The notes below the pieces were generated by a model. The model worked only from the letters and a program-made list of their open reading frames with translations. It was not told the origin of the DNA and made no database searches. A program made the position numbers and the translations under genes. Positions 17,577 through 26,665 of a DNA stretch of 64,000 nt are shown here, one piece after another. How positions within the stretch are numbered: position 1 is the first letter of the stretch; every line of letters begins with the position of its first letter. The DNA comes from Candidatus Omnitrophota bacterium (GTDB lineage: Bacteria; Omnitrophota; Gorgyraeia; Gygaellales; Profunditerraquicolaceae): positions 14,619 through 78,618 of the forward strand of contig JAQTQG010000003.1 of NCBI GenBank assembly GCA_028712375.1. The letters are read 5' to 3'.

Positions 17577-19037
17577 CTATGAATTAGCAAAAAAACCTAT
17601 CTTGGTTTTATTGTCCTTAACAAAGATTCCGTCCTGTTCTAGACTCGCTCCAAACAAAAGGTCATTCATTGTAATAATATTCCTTTTCTCTTGAACCAGC
17701 CGTCGCAGGGCGTGGAAGACAGCATTCTTGATGTAGCCACCACTAAACTGAAATTGTCTGGCCAGAACAGCAAAATCAACACCTTGGGCAAGAGTTACCT
17801 TGCTTGGAATATGCGATCGCCAAATTTCTTTGCGTATCTTCTCATCAGGCAAATCAAATTTAACCTTTAAAGTAACTCTGCGTTCAAGTGCAGGATCAAG
17901 CAAATTATCCATGTTCGAAGTTAAGATTACCACTCCTTCAAACCGTTCAATTTCCTGTAGCATAATATTAACAAACCTAATATCGTGTTCTTGGGCTGCG
18001 AAGTTGCGGTTATATAAAATAGAATCCGCCTCGTCAATACAGATAACAACATTATTTTGCTTTGCTGACTTAAAAATAGAAGATATTTGTTTATCGGTTT
18101 CACCAAACCAACGTGAATTTATTTTGGGAAATTCAACAACAAGCAACTTCTTCTTAAGATGTTTTGCTATTGCCTCAGATAACATCGATTTTCCCGTGCC
18201 GGGCGGACCGTAAAAGAGGAAAACCAATCCTTTGCCATTTTTAATTGTTTCTTCTACACCAAGATCTTCAAGTCCTTTATCCTGCAACCCGGATAATAAG
18301 AAACTGACGTTTTTCTTCACATCGAGAGATAGCTTAACATCTTCAAGAGAATATGCCGGATCCTTTAAAAAACCAACCTCTTCGCAAGGGTGTAAATCTT
18401 TTTTATTTTCTGCCCTTCCAGGTCTAGATTCTTTATACTCCCCACTTATCATCCTAGAAAAAACGTCCAACAAAGACGAACTCATCCCGAAACTGACTAC
18501 GGCCGAGTTGTGGTTGTTTCGATAATATGGGTACAAAATAGAATATTTTAAAAGATTGGCATTTCGGTTAAAATAACGAGACAACCCCATTCTCCCGATT
18601 ACAGAATCATTTAAGTCAAAGATCCTAAGGAGCAGATCCCTTGAACAGATATTCTCTTTTAGGTGCAAGAACTCCAAATAAAGGTAATATAGGAGTATTT
18701 GCTTTTCAAAGATATCCAAACCGTATAGCGAGGCAGTTTTTTCTAACGCAAACTTACTGCCCTTAGACATGGAATCCTGTACCCTTTGCCAAAACAAAAC
18801 TTCTTTTGTCTTTATTGTTGAGTCCAATTCTGATACATTCTTGCGGAATGCCTCTACATCATCCTTAGATTTCTTAATAAGAATAATTCTTTTGTTTTGG
18901 TAAAGTTCGCAGATCTTGAAATATTCTTCGATGTATTCTTGGTCACCTGAAAGAAAATTATTTTCCGGCATTACCTTTTCTCCTTTCTTTCTGCACAAAC
19001 TTATCAAAATCCTCAACTGTCTTTTTGAGCCTTTCAT
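17577..19037 (-). CDS. AAA+ ATPase (classical AAA clade) with ~250-aa N-terminal domain of unknown function
   Basis: LFYGPPGTGKSMLSEAIAKHL (Walker A). VVICIDEADSIL (Walker B). SRH-like TSNMDNLLDPALERR. Confidence 0.7.
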   Translation of the reverse strand: MKGSKRQLRILISLCRKKGEKVMPENNFLSGDQEYIEEYFKICELYQNKRIILIKKSKDDVEAFRKNVSELDSTIKTKEVLFWQRVQDSMSKGSKFALEKTASLYGLDIFEKQILLYYLYLEFLHLKENICSRDLLLRIFDLNDSVIGRMGLSRYFNRNANLLKYSILYPYYRNNHNSAVVSFGMSSSLLDVFSRMISGEYKESRPGRAENKKDLHPCEEVGFLKDPAYSLEDVKLSLDVKKNVSFLLSGLQDKGLEDLGVEETIKNGKGLVFLFYGPPGTGKSMLSEAIAKHLKKKLLVVEFPKINSRWFGETDKQISSIFKSAKQNNVVICIDEADSILYNRNFAAQEHDIRFVNIMLQEIERFEGVVILTSNMDNLLDPALERRVTLKVKFDLPDEKIRKEIWRSHIPSKVTLAQGVDFAVLARQFQFSGGYIKNAVFHALRRLVQEKRNIITMNDLLFGASLEQDGIFVKDNKTKIGFFANS

Positions 19038-19632
19038 TCATCTGATCATTCATTAACTTTGTTAAGGCTATCGCTTTTTCATATTTCTTGCCATACCAAA
19101 TAAGTTTCTTCGTAGGTTTACCTTTGTAACACCACCGCTTAAAACTCGCCGCTTGCTTTATCAGTTCAGGCACATTGATTACGCCAAATTTCTTATAAAT
19201 ACCGCTTAATCTAGAACTCTCATAAGCAAGATCAAAACAGTTTCGACATCCAAAATAATTGCCGACCCTGTAAAGTACCCCTACCCGCCTATCACAGCCT
19301 AAGATTGACAAAGGACACTTAAACCAATATCTGACACCGCCGTAATTACAAGAAGTTGCGACTAAATCGACCCTGTATTCGAAATTCTGATATTCTCCAT
19401 TAGGCTGAAGAATAGAGTAATAGAAATCTAAGAATGGATCATTCTTGTTTATAAACGATACTACAATATGGATACCGTTTTTAAAGACTTCCCCATTATA
19501 AGGAATATCAATAATCCCAAAATCACTGGCTTCTAAAAAATCATTAAGTTTTAGTGATAATATTGGAATCTTGTAAAGGTTATCTGCCACCAACTTGGGG
19601 CTTTTATCTCTGTCCATTGTAAAACACCTCAA
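18958..19632 (-). CDS. Cys-rich hypothetical protein upstream of, and overlapping, the AAA ATPase
   Basis: ORF. CNYGGVRYWFKCP…GCRNC cysteine pairs. Confidence 0.35.
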   Translation of the reverse strand: MRCFTMDRDKSPKLVADNLYKIPILSLKLNDFLEASDFGIIDIPYNGEVFKNGIHIVVSFINKNDPFLDFYYSILQPNGEYQNFEYRVDLVATSCNYGGVRYWFKCPLSILGCDRRVGVLYRVGNYFGCRNCFDLAYESSRLSGIYKKFGVINVPELIKQAASFKRWCYKGKPTKKLIWYGKKYEKAIALTKLMNDQMNERLKKTVEDFDKFVQKERRKGNAGK

Positions 19633-19738
19633 AAAAATGCCGAAATGAATAAGAATTCTTTGATTTCAATCTTAAATTGGTTGACCAATTTTGCCTTTTA
19701 TATAAACCAAAAATAACACGCAGAAATAATCAACTTTA

Positions 19739-20098
19739 TTACCATTCAATAATAATCTTCTTATCTAACATCTGCACTTTTCCGATAGCCTCCATTTTGA
19801 TTAGGCGTTTTCCCTTGTTTTCTGACACCTGGTTGAGTGATCTATCTTTTGACATAGCAAAACACCTTTTTGACTCATTCCCCTCGGAAAATCGTGTTGA
19901 GTTGGTCAAAACGCCTTCCAGAATTGACCTGACATATACTCTGCTAGGACCAATTCCTTTTCTAGCAGGATTGTGCCCCATTCTGAATGGGAACAAATAA
20001 CAACCCGTCGTGTTATCACAGAAGCGAACATCTTTAGGCCTACCTGCACAAATAAGACAGTGTTTTCGGATGGCTTGTAACGGCGTAAGGTGTTTCAT
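19739..20098 (-). CDS. Hypothetical small protein with N-terminal Cys cluster
   Basis: ORF. HCLICAGRPKDVRFC motif. Confidence 0.3.
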   Translation of the reverse strand: MKHLTPLQAIRKHCLICAGRPKDVRFCDNTTGCYLFPFRMGHNPARKGIGPSRVYVRSILEGVLTNSTRFSEGNESKRCFAMSKDRSLNQVSENKGKRLIKMEAIGKVQMLDKKIIIEW

Positions 20099-20289
20099 TT
20101 ATAACCCCCTTTCGTGCCCACTCTTCTGGCCTACGACCGGAATCAACTTTACTGAGAGTAGTTCAAATTCACTTAAGTTGTCTCCTCTGTCGTTTTTCAA
20201 TATTACTTTGGCTGTTGAGGAACTCCGCCGAAGGCGGATAAATGTATAACTACTCTTTTGTACAATACTCTTCTGTAAAGTATTCTATT

Positions 20290-20392
20290 GTGTCCCCCTA
20301 CTTAGGGGGTAGCGAATAACCTATATAGGAGACAGTAAATAACCCACTTAGGGGGTAGCAATAACCCATATAGGGGTAGCAAATAGTATAAC
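20290..20392. repeat. Iteron-like direct repeats (TTAGGGGGTAGCRAATAACC, ~2.5 copies) plus palindrome TCCCCCTA-CT-TAGGGGGT. Candidate origin or operator for the adjacent replisome-organiser gene.
   Basis: Read directly: copies at 20302-20321, 20348-20366, partial at 20371-20390. Palindrome at 20293-20310. Confidence 0.6.
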
Positions 20393-20402
20393 TAAATCCA
20401 TA

Positions 20403-20831
20403 TTAACTTGGCTTCACCCATATCATCCTGCCCTCTATGTACGGGTAATCTTTGCCGTTCTTCACTTCAGATCCCTCCTTAATATCTATACGAATCTTCC
20501 AGCTTTTCCGCTTGCCTTTGGTTACTGTTATCACCCACTTTCCAGCGTCCTGCTCAATCCCAATTTTTCTTCCATCCCGGGTTATCATTTTTTTCTCCAA
20601 TAGCTTTTTCTTTGTTCTAGGTACGTGAGATAATGGTATACCAGTGCTATTTTCGATTTGGCTGTTGGAAATCCAGTCCAAATCCTTTTGGTACCCTAAG
20701 GTCTTCATAACAATAAACCACCACAAGGCGTGCTCGTACGGACTAAGGTAACGAGCAATCCAAACATAACCCATTCTCAACAAACGCCAAGGCAGTTTTA
20801 TGAAACGTACATTATCTTTTAGATCTGCCAT
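20403..20831 (-). CDS. Phage replisome-organiser / DnaD-like N-terminal HTH protein (putative replication initiator)
   Basis: WRLLRMGYVWIARYLSPYEHALWWFIVMKTLGYQKDLDWISNSQIENSTGIPLSHVPRTKKKLLEKKMITR resembles the phage replisome-organiser winged-helix pattern. Iterons lie immediately downstream. Confidence 0.5.
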   Translation of the reverse strand: MADLKDNVRFIKLPWRLLRMGYVWIARYLSPYEHALWWFIVMKTLGYQKDLDWISNSQIENSTGIPLSHVPRTKKKLLEKKMITRDGRKIGIEQDAGKWVITVTKGKRKSWKIRIDIKEGSEVKNGKDYPYIEGRMIWVKPS

Positions 20832-20954
20832 TTATTCAGCTCCTTTCCTGGTCATTTCCCCAAGGGAAAATACCACTTTTCTTTCTTTTTTATTGGTAAT
20901 TTTTAATTGCTATAACTTTAAGATAATTAAAGAGATGAGATATATCCTTGCGGA

Positions 20955-22298
20955 ATGCACTCTGATATCAAAAAAGAGGGCGCTTGTTTTGATTTAGCCA
21001 TTGCCCTGGGCATTCTGGCGGCAACCGGGCAGATCGGCAAAGAGCGCCTTCAAAACTACTCTTTTCTGGGAGAATTATCCCTAGACGGCCAATTGCGGCC
21101 GGTGCATGGCGTTCTGGCGATAAGTTTAACTATCTCTAAATTCCCGGTTAAGAGCCTTGTTCTTCCCGAAAAGAACGCTCAGGAAGCAGCGGTTATACAA
21201 GAAATTTCTGCCTGGCCGCTCAAAAACTTAAAAGAAGTGGTGCAATTTTTAGCTGATCCCGGAAGCCGAAGCCCATTTAAATTAGATATTAACCACGTTT
21301 TTAAAGGCGGTGGGAATTATACTTTGGATTTCTCCGAAGTTAAAGGCCAATATTTTGCAAAAAGAGCGCTGGAAGTGGCGGTATCCGGGGGGCACAATAT
21401 TATTATGCTCGGTCCGCCCGGCAGCGGGAAAACTATGTTAGCTAAAAGGATTCCCACTATTATGCCTAACCTTTCCTTAGAAGAAGCTCTGGAAATCACC
21501 AAAATCCATTCCGTAGCCGGGACGCTATTAAATGATAATTTTATCAGAACCCGGCCCTTTCGCTGCCCGCATCACAGTATTTCAGATACCGCCTTAATCG
21601 GAGGAGGCAGCGTGCCTAAACCCGGAGAGATCAGCCTGTCTCATTACGGCGTGCTCTTTCTGGATGAACTCCCGGAATTTAACCGCAAGGCCCTGGAAGC
21701 ATTAAGACAGCCGCTGGAAGACAACCTGATTTGTATCAGCCGCGTAAAAAGAACCCTGGTATTCCCGGCTTGTTTTATTTTAGCCGCCGCGCTTAACCCT
21801 TGTCCGTGCGGCAATTATTTTAACCCGCACAAACCATGCCATTGCAACCCGACAAAAATCAAAAATTACCTGGGGAAAATTTCCGGGCCGCTGCTGGATA
21901 GAATCGACCTGCACATTGAAGTCCCGCAGGTAAAACACCGGGAATTATCAGACGCGCGGGAAGCAGAATCATCGGCAGCCATCCGGCAACGCGTAGAAAA
22001 CGCCCGCGCAATTCAACAAAAAAGATTCTCCGCCATAGGCAAATCCGGCTCCACAAGCATATTTTGTAACGCCCAAATGACCAATAGGCTCATTAAAGAA
22101 TATTGTGTTTTAGATGCCGAGGCTAGTAACTTATTAAATATGGCAATAACCGAATTGGCCCTATCGGCAAGGGCTTATGATAAAATACTTAAGGTGAGCC
22201 GGACGATTAGTGACCTGGCAGGCAGCCAAAACATTAAATCCGAACATGTTGCCGAGGCAATTCAATACCGCTCTTTAGACCGGCAGCTCTCCGGATAA
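20955..22298 (+). CDS. comM: 3' portion of ComM/YifB: AAA+ Mg-chelatase-like ATPase domain
   Basis: Starts HSDIKKEGACFDLAIALGIL, continuing exactly where the 5' fragment stops. IMLGPPGSGKTMLAKRIP (Walker A). VLFLDELPEF (Walker B). C-terminal ComM tail. Confidence 0.85.
   Translation: MHSDIKKEGACFDLAIALGILAATGQIGKERLQNYSFLGELSLDGQLRPVHGVLAISLTISKFPVKSLVLPEKNAQEAAVIQEISAWPLKNLKEVVQFLADPGSRSPFKLDINHVFKGGGNYTLDFSEVKGQYFAKRALEVAVSGGHNIIMLGPPGSGKTMLAKRIPTIMPNLSLEEALEITKIHSVAGTLLNDNFIRTRPFRCPHHSISDTALIGGGSVPKPGEISLSHYGVLFLDELPEFNRKALEALRQPLEDNLICISRVKRTLVFPACFILAAALNPCPCGNYFNPHKPCHCNPTKIKNYLGKISGPLLDRIDLHIEVPQVKHRELSDAREAESSAAIRQRVENARAIQQKRFSAIGKSGSTSIFCNAQMTNRLIKEYCVLDAEASNLLNMAITELALSARAYDKILKVSRTISDLAGSQNIKSEHVAEAIQYRSLDRQLSG
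20961..20977. other. Right attachment junction (attR-like): tctGATATCAAaaaaga
   Basis: Matches the left junction. Confidence 0.6.
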
Positions 22299-22506
22299 AA
22301 AACTTTTTAATTATTGCAACCTCCTGGCACGCGCCCCCGAAAGGGTGTAGCCCCAAAATCGGGCAGACGGATAAGCTGTAGTAATATATCCGATTTTTAT
22401 TGATCCGGAAAAAACAAAAACACATACTACTTTAATAAAATGGCAGCTGGCTTAAACAATAAATACTTAATTACCCGTTAGCCATTTAAATCATTTTTTA
22501 ATTTAT

Positions 22507-24762
22507 TTATTTCCTATAAGGCTTAAGTAGCTCCAGTAGTTTCGGGCTAATAGCATAACCTAATTGGCCGGCCTTATCGCAATGCTGGATTGCCAGGTTG
22601 TATTCTCCGGCATAATAGTAAGCCAGGGCAAGATTATGATGCGCAACGGCGAGAGTTGAATCAAGCTCCAGGGCTTTATTAAACCAGGCTACCGCCTCTT
22701 TGTTCCTGCCGAGAGTTAAGTATGCGTTACCTAAACCCACGCATGATTCCTTGGAGCCTGGATTAAGTTCCACGGCTTTCCTGTAGCAGGCAAGCGCGTC
22801 TTTATCTTTTTGAATGCGCGCAGACAAATTGCCGCAATAATAGTAAGCATCAAAAAAATCCAAGTTATTGGTTACGGCTTTTTTATACAACAACTCTAAT
22901 TTTTCCTGCTGGCCTAACGATTTGTAAAGTCCGGCAAGTTTAATGTAGGCCGGCAGATAAGCCGGATCTATATCTATCGCTTGGGACAACTCCGCCTTAG
23001 CCTCTTCTTTACGGTTAAGATTAACATATAAGGCACCCAGATAGTCGCGGGCATATAAAAACCGCGGAGCAAGCTCCGTTGTTTTAATATACAGCTTTAA
23101 TGCTTCATCCTTATCTCCGAGCAAATCTTTTATATTGGCAAGGTTAAAATATGCCCCTGCCTCTATCGCCATCCGGTTAGCTTCCACTACTTTTCTTCTA
23201 TCGCGCAGCAAATATTTTAAATTAGCGAATTTAAAATATGACCCTTCTTCTACAGCCGGACCACTAGCCGCTATCTTTTTTTCTTCAGTAGACAAACTAT
23301 TAAAATGAACGGAATCAAGATATTCCTCGGAATCTTTTATCAGGCGCTCAAATACCGCAATCGCCTCCGGGTTCCTGCCGAGAGCTTTTAAAGCATTGCC
23401 CAAGTTAAGATAATAATACTTCAACATCGGATCATCCGGAGACTTGGGCCTGGCGTTTATGGCAAACATGAAATCGGAAAGCGCCTGATGGTATTGCCCT
23501 TGCTTTAAGAAAAATTCACCGCGGTTACTGAAGGCAGCGGCAGTATCAGGATATTTCTTTAAAATATCATTCCACAGGCTTAATCCATTCTGCCAAACAG
23601 AGCATCTTTTCCAAGTAGCACATCCCAGGAAAATAATGATTGCCGCCAACATTATCGTTAAAAAAGTTTTAAGTAAATAACCATACTTTATTTTTCTTGC
23701 GTATAGCCACATGCAGCTTTGCGCAAACAGATAAAATATCCCGATCGCCGGCAAATAAACATACCGGTCGGCCGGCAATATTTTATCCAACGGCAAAGAG
23801 CGCAGCGCCGGAAAAATAACCAAGAGGAAGAATCCACTCCCTAAAATTATCTTTTTTGTATACCGGATTGAGATAACTGCCGCAATGGCCAAAATAAGCA
23901 CCAGCACAAAAGCATATAAATAAAACGGGTTATTTTTGACTTCAAAATACGGGTATAAAGCAGAAAGATTGAGCGGCGCGATTAACTTGCTAAGGTAAAA
24001 AACAATATCTCCTGATGCTCCGGCTAATTTAGTAAACAACCCGTATGAACCTTGAATGTAAAAAGCCTGGGATGAGGATGAAGCTAAAAGGGCAAGCAGG
24101 CCAAAAAGCACAGACAAAAGAAAATAAGGAATTTTTTCAAGAAAAACGGCCCAGCTTAGCTTTCTGGAATAAAAATAATCCAACAGTAATAAAACCAGCG
24201 GCAAAGTAATCGCCATGGACTTGGACAAAAGCGCCAGAATAAATAAACCCAGGCATAAGAAGTAACATTTTTTAGCCTGTTCTTTTTTCAAATAGTAAAG
24301 ATAGGCAACCAGGGATCCCAGGAAGAAAAATGCGCACAATACATTTTTTCTTTCACTAATCCAAGCGACCGATTCTACCTGCATCGGATGGATGCCAAAA
24401 AGAATAGCGGTGATCCAGGCAATAGCAATATTGCCGCTGATGATATAAATCAGCCAGAATACCCACAAACAATTTAATAAATGCAGAATCAAGTTGGTTA
24501 AATGGTAATTAAACGGGTTGAGCTTAAAAAAATGATACTCCAGTAGATAAGAATAGATGGTTACCGGCTGGTAATGCGCGATGAAGAAGGAAGTAGAAAT
24601 CTCTTTAATGTTCTCCAAAGAAACAGAACGAATGGCTTTATTTTCGGTGACATATAAATTATCGTCCCAATTGGTAAAATCATTTTTCAAGGAGGGATAG
24701 AAAGAGGCCAGAGTAATGGCCAGAATTAAAAAAACGGGGATGAGTATTTTATTTTTTTTCAC
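22507..24762 (-). CDS. Polytopic membrane protein (PMT-2/glycosyltransferase-39-like N-terminus) with C-terminal TPR repeats
   Basis: ~11 hydrophobic segments, then multiple TPR units (ALKALGRNPEAIAVFERL…, AYYYAGEYNLAIQHCDKA). Confidence 0.55.
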   Translation of the reverse strand: MKKNKILIPVFLILAITLASFYPSLKNDFTNWDDNLYVTENKAIRSVSLENIKEISTSFFIAHYQPVTIYSYLLEYHFFKLNPFNYHLTNLILHLLNCLWVFWLIYIISGNIAIAWITAILFGIHPMQVESVAWISERKNVLCAFFFLGSLVAYLYYLKKEQAKKCYFLCLGLFILALLSKSMAITLPLVLLLLDYFYSRKLSWAVFLEKIPYFLLSVLFGLLALLASSSSQAFYIQGSYGLFTKLAGASGDIVFYLSKLIAPLNLSALYPYFEVKNNPFYLYAFVLVLILAIAAVISIRYTKKIILGSGFFLLVIFPALRSLPLDKILPADRYVYLPAIGIFYLFAQSCMWLYARKIKYGYLLKTFLTIMLAAIIIFLGCATWKRCSVWQNGLSLWNDILKKYPDTAAAFSNRGEFFLKQGQYHQALSDFMFAINARPKSPDDPMLKYYYLNLGNALKALGRNPEAIAVFERLIKDSEEYLDSVHFNSLSTEEKKIAASGPAVEEGSYFKFANLKYLLRDRRKVVEANRMAIEAGAYFNLANIKDLLGDKDEALKLYIKTTELAPRFLYARDYLGALYVNLNRKEEAKAELSQAIDIDPAYLPAYIKLAGLYKSLGQQEKLELLYKKAVTNNLDFFDAYYYCGNLSARIQKDKDALACYRKAVELNPGSKESCVGLGNAYLTLGRNKEAVAWFNKALELDSTLAVAHHNLALAYYYAGEYNLAIQHCDKAGQLGYAISPKLLELLKPYRK

Positions 24763-24854
24763 GGTTGAAATTTTGCCATGCGGAATAACTATAATCTTTC
24801 CCTGCGCTATATTAAAATAAACCGGGCCTTAAAATCACCCGATGGGCTACGGAA

Positions 24855-25841
24855 TTAACGCGTGATTACTTCAATTACGGAGGTAGTGCTAGAGACAGAG
24901 CCTGCCTGGTCGCTGACGGTAAGAGTAACTGTAAAATTACGCGGCCCAAAAGTAGTGCTCCAGTAGGTATTTTCAGGATTTTTCTGGGTAGAAGTGTCTC
25001 CATCGCCGAAATCCCAAGCATAAGAAACAATCTTGCCTGCCCGGGAGTAAGACTTTTGCGCGGAGAATGCTACTTTAAGCGGAGAATAACCTCTAGCGGG
25101 CTTAGCAATAATCACCGCCACTGGCGGCTCTGGTGCCGGTTTGGCTGCGGGAACTTCTTCGGCCGCCGGATGTTTAATGGCTACAGGCTCGGAAACAGGC
25201 ATAACAGGTTCTGCAACAGGTGCAACTACGGGTTCTGCTTTGGCTGCCGCCGGCGGCACCACTGGCGCGCTCTGGGCAACCGGCTTCACAGCAACCACAG
25301 GTTCCATTACCTTGGGCAGCTCTTCCTTTGGTTCAGGTTTAGTCTCCACTATAGCCGGAACCCCGGTTTCTTGTGCTAGATCTTCAGCAACATAAACATC
25401 AAGCTCTTTCTTAAGCTTAGCTATGCGCGCTGCTTCCAATGTCTCTTTCTCTTCATCCAGCCTATCCACTTTAGCTTTATACCCGGGGTTATGATTATAC
25501 TTATAATCTGCTGCTGCCCGGAACGGCCAATTTAAAACTCCTCCCAAAAATCCTACAATCATCGAGGGGGGTTCCCAAAACATCTCTTTCAGGCGTGATT
25601 CAATCTGGCCCATCTGCTTATAATAAAACTCTACTTTGGATTTACGGCGCTTAAAACGCTCCTTAGCTAAATTCAAATCCGGGAGCGACTTCTCTTTACC
25701 CACAGTATATTCAATAATCGGCTTATCATCATAATAAGCCAGATAACCTTGGGCACCTGAAGCGGTAGACTTTTGAAATTTATAAGTAGCGCAACCGGAT
25801 AAAAATAATACCAGGGATAAAAATAATAAAAAATTCCGCAA
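24855..25841 (-). CDS. Lipoprotein with Pro/Ala/Val-rich linker and C-terminal PKD domain
   Basis: LSGC lipobox. PVAxP repeats. YAWDFGDGDTST…FTVTLTVSD (PKD motif). Confidence 0.6.
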   Translation of the reverse strand: MRNFLLFLSLVLFLSGCATYKFQKSTASGAQGYLAYYDDKPIIEYTVGKEKSLPDLNLAKERFKRRKSKVEFYYKQMGQIESRLKEMFWEPPSMIVGFLGGVLNWPFRAAADYKYNHNPGYKAKVDRLDEEKETLEAARIAKLKKELDVYVAEDLAQETGVPAIVETKPEPKEELPKVMEPVVAVKPVAQSAPVVPPAAAKAEPVVAPVAEPVMPVSEPVAIKHPAAEEVPAAKPAPEPPVAVIIAKPARGYSPLKVAFSAQKSYSRAGKIVSYAWDFGDGDTSTQKNPENTYWSTTFGPRNFTVTLTVSDQAGSVSSTTSVIEVITR

Positions 25842-25882
25842 AACTGTTATTCCTTTCTTTTCTATGCCGTCTCAAACAGCTA

Positions 25883-26437
25883 TCAACGCATTAATGCCAG
25901 TGCTTCGGAACGGGTCTTTTCATTCTCTTTAAAAATCCCGCGCACAGCGCTGGTTACGGTCATGGTCCCGGGTTTTCTTACCCCGCGCATTGACATACAC
26001 AAATGTTCCGCCTCAATAACCACCATTACCCCCAAAGGTTTTAGCTTATTCATCACAATTTCAGCGATTTGCGTAGTCAGCCTTTCCTGTACTTGCGGCC
26101 GGCGGGCCAAAATATCCACCACACGCGCCAGCTTGCTTAAACCGGTGACCCGGCCATTTTTGGGAATATAAGCAATATTAGCTTTACCAAAAAAAGGCAC
26201 CAAATGATGTTCGCAAACAGAATACAACGGTATCCCCCGCAATAAAATTATTTCATGGTGTTTTTGCTCTAAGATCACCTCTAATTCCTTCTCCGGGTCT
26301 TGTTTAATCCCTGAGAATATCTCCTCGCACATCTGAGCATAGCGGCGCGGAGTCTCCAAAAGGTCTTTTCTTTGAGGATCCTCACCAATTGCTTCTAAAA
26401 TCTGACGCACCGCTTTTTCAATCTTCGCTTTATTCAT
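25883..26437 (-). CDS. folE: GTP cyclohydrolase I
   Basis: [20 protein letters not shown] and overall FolE pattern. 184 aa. Confidence 0.85.
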   Translation of the reverse strand: MNKAKIEKAVRQILEAIGEDPQRKDLLETPRRYAQMCEEIFSGIKQDPEKELEVILEQKHHEIILLRGIPLYSVCEHHLVPFFGKANIAYIPKNGRVTGLSKLARVVDILARRPQVQERLTTQIAEIVMNKLKPLGVMVVIEAEHLCMSMRGVRKPGTMTVTSAVRGIFKENEKTRSEALALMR

Positions 26438-26665
26438 TTAAAATTCCTTAATTAAACAGTAAAATTATCTAGAGTATTATCTAACGAAAAACACCTTTAC
26501 GCAATAGGTTTTTAATGAGGCCACGACTTACGGCAGCCGCAGCGAACGTAAGTCGTCGGGCCGAATCAAGCACCTATAGCTTTTATCCAACGCAGTCCTT
26601 GTGAGCATCAGCGAACAAGGATAATTCTTACATATAAAACATTGGCAAAGAAAACCTCATCCTGC

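Larger units (their letters stand above)
1731..20963. mobile_element. ~19.2 kb integrated element in comM. Serine-recombinase-mobilised island or satellite-like element with a replication module and a defence cargo.
   Basis: Split comM with matching core repeats. Serine recombinase abuts the left end. Iterons and replisome-organiser gene sit at the right end. The sequence is visibly AT-richer than the flanking DNA. There are no capsid/tail/terminase genes. Confidence 0.7.

Noticed and set aside
1731-20963. Complete prophage
   Set aside because: No capsid, portal, terminase, tail or lysis genes. Better described as an integrative island or satellite-like element.
25056-25395. Gly/Cys/Arg-rich plus-strand ORFs (107 and 84 aa)
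   Set aside because: Antisense to the Pro/Ala-rich linker of the PKD lipoprotein. Composition artefact of the GC-rich repeat.
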